The translations under genes and the position numbers were made by a program. Positions 38,801-45,713 of a DNA stretch of 64,000 bases are shown piece after piece (the stretch's first letter is position 1; every line of letters starts with the position of its first letter). A model generated the notes under the pieces. It did not search any database, was not told where the DNA came from, and saw only the letters and a list, made by a program, of their open reading frames with translations. The stretch lies in assembly GCA_965601925.1 (NCBI GenBank), contig OZ271854.1, positions 256,001 through 320,000 on the forward strand. The letters run 5' to 3'. The stretch comes from Alkalispirochaeta sp. (GTDB lineage Bacteria; Spirochaetota; Spirochaetia; DSM-27196; Alkalispirochaetaceae).

Positions 38801-39312
38801 ACCATCTTGAAGAAATAGAAATTTCCGATCCGTTCGCCCTGGCTCGGCGCCACGCCCGGCATATAGGTCCACGCTTGGTTCAGGTCCGTCTCTGTAGCGT
38901 CCGCGGTCCGGCTAACGAGCAACGTTCCGGTGTTAGGGTTTTTTCCGACCTCATCGGTATAACTTGCGGCAATGGTGGCCGGGTCGCTTAGCGCGCCGGG
39001 ACCACCGTAAAGGCTGAAGGTTGTCGGAGTGTCCGTACCGGTGTCGGGAAACGCAGCGGCCCCGGAATCTGCATCAAACACACCGAAGTACAGCGTGTCG
39101 GTCACGCCCACCGGCACCTGAAAAAAGACGACGGTTGTCGCGTCTCGGTCTCCGACCGTCTGGTTACCCGCTATGGCTAAATAATTTCCCGGTTCCGCCG
39201 GTATTCGGCTCTGTGCCGACGCCTCCCCGGCCCCGACGAGGGTCAACGCGAGAGCCGTTACACAGAGAGTCGAGATATAGTTTCTACGTCGATCAACGCG
39301 ACATTTTGACAT
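26842..39312 (-). CDS. Giant (4156 aa) secreted beta-strand-repeat adhesin-like protein with C-terminal FlgD-Ig/T9SS-CTD-like domain
   Basis: Signal peptide ending ASA-Q; long G/A/T/D/V-rich degenerate repeats (ITDSG.L.V.G...L...NDF); C-terminus WDGRNNSGRAVARGIYFIRV...RKVIVAR. Confidence 0.85.
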   Translation of the reverse strand: MSKCRVDRRRNYISTLCVTALALTLVGAGEASAQSRIPAEPGNYLAIAGNQTVGDRDATTVVFFQVPVGVTDTLYFGVFDADSGAAAFPDTGTDTPTTFSLYGGPGALSDPATIAASYTDEVGKNPNTGTLLVSRTADATETDLNQAWTYMPGVAPSQGERIGNFYFFKMVVTATGDRNGYRLDVSSTNYGNAWGTASGSPASIPDVRAFAYTWTPMFSQSAGVTFDLYPFVPEDATGNIQVFTWDFDNGETATGPELFDTTGALIDGDVDTSGEGTTFDVLNAANATQGNDAITLSEHPIGGAVNGTWRLRITTDGNGPAQNPVEVWFGQGAAVGVLWSSLFRAYAAEYFPEEPERVTATPADGTTVVGAVERILLQLVDPSGDPAPAVRTVYVSIDGSATIDATSDEAGPLGVTERTISTNSDGLAWVEVTNAVAETSTLTVTTDGVTAALPGPTTTDRLPVSGTLGVNDAPQVVFIADAPPTASSASGTAFNEGAIDQPIAIITITEAGSTPSITAADDIRITIPTSAAVTFDTAASVTLTVTNGGGGGAVDDDQTVVDGTPAAGYTGTLRYENGNKTAVIDIASDFDTATPDSITIDGLLLDTVGDSDTNFFLEFSFDGDTIAEVTDSALIVVQDTAVTYTWTGATDSDWNVQGNWDVGDPTPGDDGFPNMATHNVVLPGDGAGYPVILTGNEGINDLTIGSGAQLDLGANALTVNGTSSNEGRLLLDGTVAQGTGLNAGGPFDVDSGTIEYTGATVTGLAIGNQYHDLEISSTGTYTLDADLDVNGDLSISAGTLDASTFTITVEGDWTRAGTFTAGSGTVAFDGGGTSVVSGATTFNNLTVDTPGKVVRFTSGETTNVTGAFTITGVSGNNVELRPTGGAAWTINATGSVTVQFATVEESTASVALTAYSSTGEGSNTAWTFLGTTYTWAGVTPDTSVATNWSPNGNPAANDSVIIPNATPAPVADTALIVRNLTVNAGATLDMANQNLTVSDALTNIGTIALDGSQTVTATLNTDSGAVRYSGSGGLLLGTAYFDLEFDGAGPWNAAANITVNNDLAVTSGTFATAANDLSVSGALSVGGILDASGQGGGNTVAVGGVAGGTGTLTLGAGSATLSGNVSIATLNGGGGAITIPADVAVGTAFIGGAGAIDIAGSVTGAGAFTESSTTTAIGGDLTVATVSANGGTVTFDTAGPSSVGAAGVYSFNNLIIDADTTLAGNWAIGGDLTINVGDTLDTNGHDLAVGGNVAVAGALTGSAGAIDIDGNVTGAGSFTESSATTAIGGNLTVTTFNLNGTAGTVTFDNTPGSTVNAYTFTNVTVAANTSLGGVWTVNDTLTVSAGTLDMNGNAIGTVDVAVNGALANSGAAVAVTATGTAAIGNGGPATVAATVILSVTGATTIDVGAANDIALNNAANDFTTVTTTSAANVTLRDVDAIVLGPSTISGNLVVQGGGAAGHNITDSGALSVDGTTTLTAGAANVVLDEAANNFDADANGGAVSIASAVDATLVDANALDLGAIAITGNLSVIVGVGALTDSGAVDVDGTSSFTLNDGAAVDVTLDSAANTLTGTITFAGANLDNVTVVSDTDIDLAALSATGALNVTSGGTITDSGTLTIGGVTTLDATTTITIDDDGAPYSNTFGTLQLDGTDVTVFENAAIDFGLTAVTGNLDATAVAGDIADSGQITVGGATQLTVADTQSIVLDTATNDFTGAVTFSSAGTIADIAIDDASPFVIQAGLNINGNLSITADGALTDGGAVTIGGNATFITGAAADITLDGASSYAGTVAFDTTTGGTTGNVALTGVTSGVDLAATTVDGTFTVGSTGAITDSGNVSVTGLGTFTAGAGAANITLGDASTADFGSLDVTGATVSVVEGSAMTVVGATATTLTLTSNGTMDDTGALAVTGTTTLSSSGNTITLDTAANDFGTVVVNGGGIASVTDTDDIVLGGTGAAATTITVNSGGAVTDAVTGITAGTLDVTSVGAVTLDEAHAVGTFTATNTAVANIQFNNTVALIIGGITQNAASDVDINNAGAVTIGADIDTGAGDAAINRIDIDTGAGGVVDAGGFLRADTINLQTAAGSSGAVGTLANPIETDGNPTTLSLGAAAAGQPAGAFINHTGPLTINATNLAADTPLRVVASGALTLPAATIDTGTADLYLESGATLSTAAALSTSTGTLSLITGAGQLSINHTVQNTGAGTVFLSAAGGGIVQTAFISGGELLAQTIGAGNNLTLNDPANDFITVSVRAVDATVPTAFVNSVVAYRDATGFTVGDPDGTAFDSGTLGSLTLTGGGAVGHDITDTGTLIIGATATIIAGAADVTLNNGANDFATIAITSADNVTLFDTNGIDLGTSDINGTLSVTGGGLGGHDITDSGALAIDGAASFTAGAADVILNDGGNNFDDGADGGTVTVVSAADVVLVDADTLEFGTVDAAGNLTVTLAAGHLTDFGEVNVGGNSSFTLSGGAAADVILDTANNTFTGTLAFPVTNLRNLTLVDDTDIDVPTVTLAGSLNVNSTGVTTSITDSGVITVAGTTSLQATGAIVLDSANDFDSDDTGDQTTLPGATAVTLNDVDALVLGTTTISGLLTVTTGTGLTIAAAVTADGGFTHTSATTTLGVDPTTIDTSGGGGTITLAAVEAATASTEDLSLDAGAGNVALNGTVGFTTPPGSLTVTNAGNVTIDNSVTTGTVSINHTGVLLIAAAGDMNLDGSFTQTGGGTVNTAGDITTTADAVSFAGAVTLSGHVAIDTGVGAGDIAFASTVDATAAGAQNLTLDADAGNVVLVDAVGGTRLGTFTITAAANVAGNVGATADAGAITAAVIVQTAGSGTSRFGALDTDAAGGISLAGTNGIFNGAITTIGTGPVAASYATSVQIALGGDITADGAVSIAGGTVATSGDATTSDDAVLYSGPVTLTGDVAIDTGAAGGNITFDNTVNSDTANTHVLSLDAGTGNLVLDAAVGGGVPLNHIRVFGAATVSGAVNPIDISAVDVYVDAPGATIQPANDITVRRLIFYRGTLDLGTNNSTLSTVDDFAVFGASYDPDDADRATTDGADNALFAYPAAAGLAYYPGGGAYNSPTVGDFAVGTTAAFSPDLAGAAISVGSAGNGNFYVNGADMTATGAWTLTVQDNSASNPIGNPPFGAPYAVFFNGDVRNSTVTQGRISAPSAVAPHTHNNVTADGAAVVPNAPGAFSLPFTPPAIPATTNTDFGLDSATEGWDFVAPYLAYAQTVRDNVIRLTFSEAIENSNNEIGAAIASLSTNGGADAIVATYVDADATPDTLPYTFTTTDGEGDVTTFYVETGGNPWNTDATGASASVSGTATDRDGTVRTAVPDLGWIKGVFFDAGGNNGVVNYGANVAAARFTATDDGAGPVLYLVEYGRAGHEHPATRTYDGHNYLHLFYSEPIDIGGGALATTAENVRSEADAGAGTLIGGDIRDSGGLVLVDGYFTYTDPDGTGPMERGSRDGGGPANALFRTDSASPGAFNNSAQELRIYLSGYNMGTAAAEQFLGWHGSMPNINATGAVTIDVVANPAIQDVSPAANAVDHTIDTVTVVADPAGVAPGPTVAAEWLNAWDVEPPTFSTFEVNVVPVVNEVVTTEIVTRVASTAPNLVQYLEFHILDNESLDYGNVADGQEDNPAGVGLWDPQGFSSNADLTHTNTRANEGIRDISFSTLGGLTPIDAFSIEEVDIVPLLNNLSTPGLVVGFETTVEDQGVFGAPMANPDNDAYMRIELDSTGATHPWGSLTNLYVEYDATLARITDLAGNLLPSTTVPMQAIERTPPNIELALAIVGANRVYLKFSEPVFGDESDRTIPIAFNDFAVVGNPPTALEILSQSESGFTVGGVLEAFLTLQDTITADDMFSLRLRPTASDRIYDAAENAMPVSDERRLSDVAIGVVDPLWATDSFGINDAGADTGGFRTIRSFDGTEELSRTDITLQGRLNTTDANRAVSLLYDIDIGDEERVGEYWSPTVIPGLIESGATAPARTVLPFEVDGALRTFVIPGNDAEMRNGDVLEFQFRVGPLAAATSSDVSDPRTVAPWRIGIGTGFIEQRGNVTILNNVIYPDRGESTVLVYELDRPGMVTINVFSLDGSIVRTLQRGRQGQGTFRHAWDGRNNSGRAVARGIYFIRVVAPGVDEYRKVIVAR

Positions 39313-39385
39313 AGTGGGCGGAGTGGCTCCTTGTACAGTGTTATACCCGTACCGTCATAAATATAGTACGCCTGACTCGCGACAT

Positions 39386-39967
39386 CTAACTTTCGCGATC
39401 CCGCCCCTTCTCGCCGTCATCCGCCTCGGCCTCAAGGCGCCTCATCTCCTCCACGACGTCGAACATATTGGGGACGCGTCGGCCCATCTCCGTCGATCCC
39501 TTACGCGCCTCGTTGGGTCGACGCAAGCGACGGATCTCCATGACGTCGGGTTCCCGTATACGCACTTCGCGGTAGCGTCCGGTCGGAAGGACGCGAGGCT
39601 GAGTAACGCGGCGATGAGTGACGAGTACGGAGTAGAGGTCGGTGAGGTCTCCCGACGTCTCACAGATCGTGTAGCGGTAATAACAGTCGCCCTCCTCGAG
39701 CACGGACCGAATCGCCGTATTCTGCGGAAGCGTCGGGTCGCTCTCGGCGCGAATCTCGTTGCGCAGTCCTCCGTACCACGCACGACCCATCTTGATGATG
39801 CGGGGGATTCGGGCGTTTTTCAGGTGGTAGAGCTCCCATATGCCCGAGACGGACGGAACCGCCGCGTTGATTTCCCATCGCGATACGGGCAACAGCGGCG
39901 ACCATGAGATACGAAAGTACGCCCGATCGCGCCTGACGATCTTCTCCACGCGCGGTTCGTCGGTCAC
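39386..39967 (-). CDS. Hypothetical protein, weak GIY-YIG-like pattern
   Basis: GGAG before GTG; PSVSGIWEL...IKMGRAWYGGLRNEI. Confidence 0.6.
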   Translation of the reverse strand: MTDEPRVEKIVRRDRAYFRISWSPLLPVSRWEINAAVPSVSGIWELYHLKNARIPRIIKMGRAWYGGLRNEIRAESDPTLPQNTAIRSVLEEGDCYYRYTICETSGDLTDLYSVLVTHRRVTQPRVLPTGRYREVRIREPDVMEIRRLRRPNEARKGSTEMGRRVPNMFDVVEEMRRLEAEADDGEKGRDRES

Positions 39968-40199
39968 GTAGGCTCCATGAATGAAAGGGTATTCGGGCGG
40001 CTACATCGCGTTGGAAGGCGCATAGCGTTGATTATATCGCATACGACGCCGCTCCTTCACGGGTCGTGTAGCCGTCCCCCGGCGCGGCGGATGCGGCGGC
40101 GATGACCACACCGTCGGAAAAAAGGTGCGATGCCGCGTCCCTGAGGTAACGGCCGCAACGGCGCGGTCGTGCGCACATACTGTGAGCTAACGACACCGA

Positions 40200-41153
40200 T
40201 CACACGCCGACGGCGGCGATCATCCACATCAGGAGAAAACTCACGACGATACTGACGTTGACCATCGTGGTCGCCAGGCGCGAGTCGAGATTGAACTCGA
40301 CGCTGTACGGGATGACGGTCATACCGATCGGGAGGATGAACGCGATGGACAGAATATTGCGAAAGAGCTCGCCCGTACCGATAAGGGCGACGCTGGCCAA
40401 AGCGAAGAGGGCGCCGATTGCGTAGCGTAGTCCGAGTATCTTGAGGATAGCGGACCAGTCGCGCCGACGGATGTTCAGGGATTGAAAGATCCCCAACACC
40501 AAAAGCGCGAGGGCGCCGTTGGCGCCGGCTACGATATCGACACCTCGGCTCACGGCGCCGGGCAACTCCAATCCGAAAAGATTGAGCGCAATGGCGAAGA
40601 AGAATGCGATAATCGGCACAGAGGTACAGATCGTGTATGCGATGGCGCGCAGGGCGTCGCGGAGCGTCAGGTCCGCGGCGGCTCTCCCGGACGCCCGCAG
40701 GGCCATGGCGCTGAACCAACTCGCAACGACGTAGTTGACGCCCAACACGACAAAGCCGTTTCCCACATCGAAGACCGCCAACAGCTGAATCGCCTCCCCG
40801 CCCCACATCTCGTAGACGATCGGAAAGGCGAACAACCCATTGTTGAACCCCATGGCACAGATCGCAAAGAGCCCGCGCCGCGCCGGTGCGCTGCGTCGAA
40901 AGAGGAGCGTCACGACGGCGAAGGAGACGGCGCCGTGGGCCAGCGCCAACAGGGGCAAAAAGAGCAATGACGAGCGAAACTCGATTCCGGGTACCGTCTG
41001 CAGGATCACCGCCGGGAGCGTCACATTGATGACGATCCGCGCGATCGTACTCCCGTCTCGGCGATCAACGAGGCCGCGCCTTCTGAGGACATATCCGAGG
41101 GCGATGACCAGCACCGCCGAAAAGAAGATCGACTGTGGAGATACTGTGTCCAT
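40200..41153 (-). CDS. AEC family transporter
   Basis: IALGYVLRR, INVTLPAVI, NNGLFAFPI; about 10 TM helices. Confidence 0.88.
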   Translation of the reverse strand: MDTVSPQSIFFSAVLVIALGYVLRRRGLVDRRDGSTIARIVINVTLPAVILQTVPGIEFRSSLLFLPLLALAHGAVSFAVVTLLFRRSAPARRGLFAICAMGFNNGLFAFPIVYEMWGGEAIQLLAVFDVGNGFVVLGVNYVVASWFSAMALRASGRAAADLTLRDALRAIAYTICTSVPIIAFFFAIALNLFGLELPGAVSRGVDIVAGANGALALLVLGIFQSLNIRRRDWSAILKILGLRYAIGALFALASVALIGTGELFRNILSIAFILPIGMTVIPYSVEFNLDSRLATTMVNVSIVVSFLLMWMIAAVGV

Positions 41154-41230
41154 GAGGGCCAATCATGGCAGCTCATCTCGATTGCGCCAAGCGGTCGGCG
41201 CACCAAGACCCGACGATTACGACGTGTGCG

Positions 41231-42502
41231 CTACCACCGAATCGTGGGATCGAGTTTTACGCCGATCCACGCGCTAATCTCGCTCATGTCCGCGGCGATC
41301 CGGCCGATGCCGACCTCCTCGGTCAACTCCGCCACGAGCCACTCGCGTCCCTCGAAGGGAAATCGTGCGCCCTCGCCGGACACGTCGACGCCGACCATCG
41401 CGTGGGCAAACTCCATGCTCACCATCATGATCGCCTCGAACCCGAGGTGGTGGAGCAAAATTGCGTAGGTCAGTCCCAGACTATCGCAATCGCCGGCAAA
41501 CTCGACCAGGCACGAGGCGGGATTCATGAGGTCGCTCAGGGAGGCGGTCCGCTCGTAGCGCGCAGTTTGGAGCCACTCTACAATACGCGCCGGCATGTCG
41601 TCGCGTGCAACGCCCGCCGAGGCGAGATCCATGAAGATCGCCTCGGCGACCGGCTGTAGGCGATCGAAGCTGTCGCGATAGAGCATACGAAAGTAGCGGC
41701 GCCACGCGGTCACCCACCACGGCGGCTCGCCGGCTCCATGGTGATGTTCGCTCTCCGGCGGGGGGGCGTACGAGCTCAACACGCGCGCCTCGCGCTCAAT
41801 GAGTATCTGGTGCGCCTCGCGGATCTCCGGCGAGCTGATTGACGGGGGAAGCACATACTCGACGCCGCTGGGAAGGGTAATCGTCGCTCCGGCTTCCCCG
41901 TCGGAGGCGCGGTCCGCGCGATCGGCGGAGAAGAACTGGCTCACCGGGCCCGGCATGGCTCGCGACGGGATATCGGGTGAGAAGCTATCCAGAACGGACA
42001 GAATATGATCGTGATACGCCTCATAGTGGTCGGTGGAGACGTAGGTCATGACGGCGTAGTCGAATTCGTCACGATTGAGAAAACTCATGTATCCCCGCAC
42101 CTCGAATCGCCCGGTCGAGAAGCGATAATCGGCGAAGATCGCGGGCTCTCCCAAATAGCGGAACGATGCCGAATCTCCGGCTGCGTCGAACCGTTCCCTA
42201 ATGTGTCGATCGACCGCCTCGGCGGTGGCAAACCTACTTCCCGGAAAGGCGATGATCTGAAACACGGCGACACGATTGGGGTCGGCAAAACTGACGATTT
42301 CGGCATTCTCTCCGTCGAGAATGTGCCATCCCGCCGGTAGATCGACGACATACTCGAAGTCGGGGTTGCGAAAAACCGTCTGGGCCCGAGCGTAACTCGT
42401 CACCGCGAGGAGGAGAGCCACGACCGACACGATACGAGTATATTTCAGGAGACGACGGGCACCACGTCGCCGGCCGTCCACGATAGTCGACTTTATTCTC
42501 AA
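41231..42502 (-). CDS. Secreted protein with C-terminal transglutaminase-like Cys-His-Glu domain
   Basis: AGGAGG 8 nt before TTG; signal peptide ending ARA-Q; GDCDS...HAMVGV...VAELT. Confidence 0.65.
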   Translation of the reverse strand: MRIKSTIVDGRRRGARRLLKYTRIVSVVALLLAVTSYARAQTVFRNPDFEYVVDLPAGWHILDGENAEIVSFADPNRVAVFQIIAFPGSRFATAEAVDRHIRERFDAAGDSASFRYLGEPAIFADYRFSTGRFEVRGYMSFLNRDEFDYAVMTYVSTDHYEAYHDHILSVLDSFSPDIPSRAMPGPVSQFFSADRADRASDGEAGATITLPSGVEYVLPPSISSPEIREAHQILIEREARVLSSYAPPPESEHHHGAGEPPWWVTAWRRYFRMLYRDSFDRLQPVAEAIFMDLASAGVARDDMPARIVEWLQTARYERTASLSDLMNPASCLVEFAGDCDSLGLTYAILLHHLGFEAIMMVSMEFAHAMVGVDVSGEGARFPFEGREWLVAELTEEVGIGRIAADMSEISAWIGVKLDPTIRW

Positions 42503-42547
42503 AACCGCGTCCTCCTGCTACTATGGTCGGACGCTAAGGAGGGAACG

Positions 42548-43951
42548 ATTACTATCGATTCGCAGACCCGGACCGCGACCGTCAGACCCGCGGTAACGCG
42601 GGGAACGGTGACCGTCCCGGCATCGAAGTCCCATACCATTCGCGCACTCCTCATTGCCGGATGCGCCGACGGCGAAAGTACCATCGAGAACGCCTTGAGA
42701 AGCGCCGACATCGACAGTTGCGTCGCCGCCCTTAGGACCCTCGGAGTGAGCGTAGCCGAGACCGCCCGCGACGACAAGGGAGCCACACTATCGATTACGC
42801 CGCCGGCCGGAGGCGCTTTCTCCGGTAATCGTTCCCGACAGCGGAGCGACGCGTCGCCCCTGCGCATCGATGTGGGAAACAGCGGTACCACGCTCTACTT
42901 TATGACGGCGCTGGCGGCGCTTCGTTCGGACGGTATACGCTTCGACGGCGACGGGTCGATCCGGCGGCGCCCGGCCGGCTCCTTACTGGAGGTACTCCGT
43001 GCACTCGGCGCGACCGTCGTCTCCGTCGGTTCCAAAGCGGAAAACGGCGGGCCGTCGGACGCCGCACGCGAACGCGTACCGTATTGCATTTCCGGGCCGT
43101 TGCATCCCGGGCGTTCGGTGACGCTCGCAAGCCCGACGAGTCAATATCTCAGCGCCCTCCTTCTGACCGCGCCGCTCATCGCGACGGCGACCGGCACGAC
43201 ACCGAACGAACAAGCCACGACCATTGCGCTCTCTCTTCTCAACGAGCGTCCCTACGTCGACATGACCTGTTGGTGGCTCGATCGGCAGGACATATCCTAT
43301 GAGCGCGACGGGTACCGACGCTTTGTAATTCCCGGCGGACAACGGTACAGGCCCTTTTCCGACGTGCTTCCCGGAGACTATAGCTCGGCGACCTTCTGGT
43401 TTTCCGCGGCCGCAGTGACCGGCGGCGAGGCGACCGTAACCGGTCTGTCGCTACAGGACGTCCAGGGCGACCGAGGCGTGTTATCGGTTCTCGCCCGTAT
43501 GGGCTGTATCGTCGAGGAGACGCCGTCGACGATACGCGTCGCCGGCCGTCCGCGTCGAGGCGGTCAATTCGACCTCAATGCGATGCCCGACGCGCTTCCG
43601 GCCCTGGCCGTCGCGGCGTGCTACGCCCCCGAGCCGGTGCGTCTCGTCAATGTAGCGCAGGCAAGAGAGAAAGAGACCGACAGAATCGGCGTCATGGTCG
43701 GTGAGTTGAAACGACTCGGAGCGACGGTGCGCGAGCGTCCCGACGGTATCGAGGTGGAGCCGTCGCGACTGTCCGGAGGAACGGTCGACAGTCACGGCGA
43801 CCACCGCGTCGCCATGGCTCTCGCCGTCGCCGCCCTGGGTTCATCGGATTCCGTCACGATCGGCGACGCAGGGGCGGCCTCGGTGACGTATCCCGGTTTT
43901 TTTCGCGATCTGGCCGCCGTCGCGCCGGGAAGTATCGTCGCCGAACCGTAG
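42548..43951 (+). CDS. aroA: 3-phosphoshikimate 1-carboxyvinyltransferase (EPSP synthase)
   Basis: PASKS, GNSGTT, SQYLSALL, MPD, KETDR, DHRVAM; first canonical start is GTG 42608, ATT 42548 proposed. Confidence 0.93.
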   Translation: MTIDSQTRTATVRPAVTRGTVTVPASKSHTIRALLIAGCADGESTIENALRSADIDSCVAALRTLGVSVAETARDDKGATLSITPPAGGAFSGNRSRQRSDASPLRIDVGNSGTTLYFMTALAALRSDGIRFDGDGSIRRRPAGSLLEVLRALGATVVSVGSKAENGGPSDAARERVPYCISGPLHPGRSVTLASPTSQYLSALLLTAPLIATATGTTPNEQATTIALSLLNERPYVDMTCWWLDRQDISYERDGYRRFVIPGGQRYRPFSDVLPGDYSSATFWFSAAAVTGGEATVTGLSLQDVQGDRGVLSVLARMGCIVEETPSTIRVAGRPRRGGQFDLNAMPDALPALAVAACYAPEPVRLVNVAQAREKETDRIGVMVGELKRLGATVRERPDGIEVEPSRLSGGTVDSHGDHRVAMALAVAALGSSDSVTIGDAGAASVTYPGFFRDLAAVAPGSIVAEP

Positions 43952-44676
43952 TGATGGAGCAAAAGAGAGCACCCGACGGCCGGGCATCCTACTTGGAGTA
44001 CTTGGCCGATCGCGCCCACACCCACATCTTCGACGTCGACCACACCCTCACCAGGCACTCCACCGGCCGGCGATTTGCCCAGGCTGGCGTCAAAGTGGGA
44101 CTCTTCTCGCGCCGCCATCTTCTGAGCCTGCCGTGGTTCTACCTTCGCTACCGACTCGGTCATCTGAGTCTCGAGGACGTCACGCGAGAGATCAGGGTCT
44201 TGCGCGGACGCACGCGGAGAGAGTTGTCGGAGATCGCGCTATCGGCGTGGCGCGACCATATTGCGCTGGACCTGTACACGCAGGCGACTCGGTACGTCCG
44301 CTCGCTCGTCGATCGCGGACGGCGGGTGGTACTCGCCAGCACGACCTTCGACGTCATCTTGGAGCCACTCGCCCGGGAACTGGGAGTGCGCGATACCATC
44401 TCCTCGGTCCTGCAGTTCGAACACGACCGGGCCACCGGCTGGCTTCTGGGAGGTCCCTGTTACGCCGAGGAGAAGGCGCGCCGCATCGCGGTATTTCTCG
44501 ACGACCACGGTATCGATCCCGATGGGTGTGCGTTCTACTCCGACAGCTTCCACGACCTTCCGAGCTTCAATCTCGTGGCGTTTCCGGTACCGGTCCATCC
44601 GGATGCGCTGTTGCGTACCCGCTGTGCGGCGGCGGGGTGGCGCGCGGTGAGCTGGAAGCGTGGACAACGCGATTAA
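43951..44676 (+). CDS. HAD-IB family hydrolase
   Basis: IFDVDHTL, VLAST, CYAEEK, FYSDSFHDLP. Confidence 0.88.
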   Translation: MMEQKRAPDGRASYLEYLADRAHTHIFDVDHTLTRHSTGRRFAQAGVKVGLFSRRHLLSLPWFYLRYRLGHLSLEDVTREIRVLRGRTRRELSEIALSAWRDHIALDLYTQATRYVRSLVDRGRRVVLASTTFDVILEPLARELGVRDTISSVLQFEHDRATGWLLGGPCYAEEKARRIAVFLDDHGIDPDGCAFYSDSFHDLPSFNLVAFPVPVHPDALLRTRCAAAGWRAVSWKRGQRD

Positions 44677-44687
44677 AGCGACCCTCG

Positions 44688-45650
44688 TTACACGAACCAC
44701 GCGAGGGACAACCCGACAAAGAGCGGAATCGTCGCCAAAGAGACCAAATAGGTAAAGAGAATCATCTGCCCGGTGTAGTGTAGTTGTTCGGCGGTTCCGA
44801 CGGCACGCGTCACGACCATCGTCTGCGTCGCCGGTGGTACGGTGGCCTGCAACACCAACAACATACGCATGCCCCACCCGAACGACCCGTCGAGTCCCGG
44901 CCACGGCAGCGCTACCAAAAGAAGCGTGGCCGCCGGATACAACACCATTCGCCAGGCGGCAAAGAGCCAGTGCTCGCGATCGAACACGAGCTTCTCGCGG
45001 ATACTGGCGAGCGCCCCTCCGAGGGCGATGAGGGCGCCGTCGAGGGCGAGATCGCCCACCCGACCGGCGGCGGAGAGGACGGTGTGCGGCACGTGCCGAT
45101 ATACGCCGGTCACGGCAACGACAAACCCGATCGCCATGCCGACCAGGGGCGGGTTAATCTTGATCGAGATGCGCCGCATGTCGAGATGTCCACTCTCGAT
45201 CATCGGTACCGCTACGGCCCAAAAAGTGACGTTAAAGGCGAGGAGATACGAGAACATCCCGAGCAGAATCGACTCCGGCGCAAGGCGTTCCAAAATCGGC
45301 AAAGGAATGAATCCCGCGTTGTGGACCGCACCCAACAGTATGTAGCTGGTGGGCTGGCTCACCGCCGCCCGTTTCAGGCGCGTAACGAGGCGTGCGAGCC
45401 AACCTTGCAGCGTCATCATGACGAGACACAGCACGAACAACAAGAGCAGCACCGGCCACCCCAGCGCCGAGGTACTGTCCCACCCCGTCGGGATGCGCAC
45501 GACGAAATAAAAGGGAAAGAGCACTTTCAGAACGACGAAGAGGAACGGGGGCAGCAAACGCCGTTGCGCCCACGATGGTCGAAACACGACGAATCCGACG
45601 CCTGCGAGCAACGACAGATACCCGATGGTAGTAAGCAGAGAGACGAACAC
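44688..45650 (-). CDS. AEC family transporter
   Basis: VLFPFY, HNAGFIPLPI, NPPL, QATVPPA; start moved to GTG 45650. Confidence 0.82.
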   Translation of the reverse strand: MFVSLLTTIGYLSLLAGVGFVVFRPSWAQRRLLPPFLFVVLKVLFPFYFVVRIPTGWDSTSALGWPVLLLLFVLCLVMMTLQGWLARLVTRLKRAAVSQPTSYILLGAVHNAGFIPLPILERLAPESILLGMFSYLLAFNVTFWAVAVPMIESGHLDMRRISIKINPPLVGMAIGFVVAVTGVYRHVPHTVLSAAGRVGDLALDGALIALGGALASIREKLVFDREHWLFAAWRMVLYPAATLLLVALPWPGLDGSFGWGMRMLLVLQATVPPATQTMVVTRAVGTAEQLHYTGQMILFTYLVSLATIPLFVGLSLAWFV

Positions 45651-45713
45651 CGCGGACGACCATAGCGCGAACTCCCGGTAGTCGCAAGGCCGCGTTGGGT
45701 CTATGCTAACCCT

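Noticed and set aside
26842..39312. Autotransporter, two-partner secretion haemagglutinin or RTX toxin
   Set aside because: No C-terminal barrel or terminal aromatic residue, no NPNG TPS motif, no GGxGxD nonapeptide array, and no adjacent transporter.
39968..40199. Riboswitch or ncRNA in the 230-nt intergenic region
   Set aside because: No recognisable aptamer motif; only a minus-strand TATAAT at 40031-40036.
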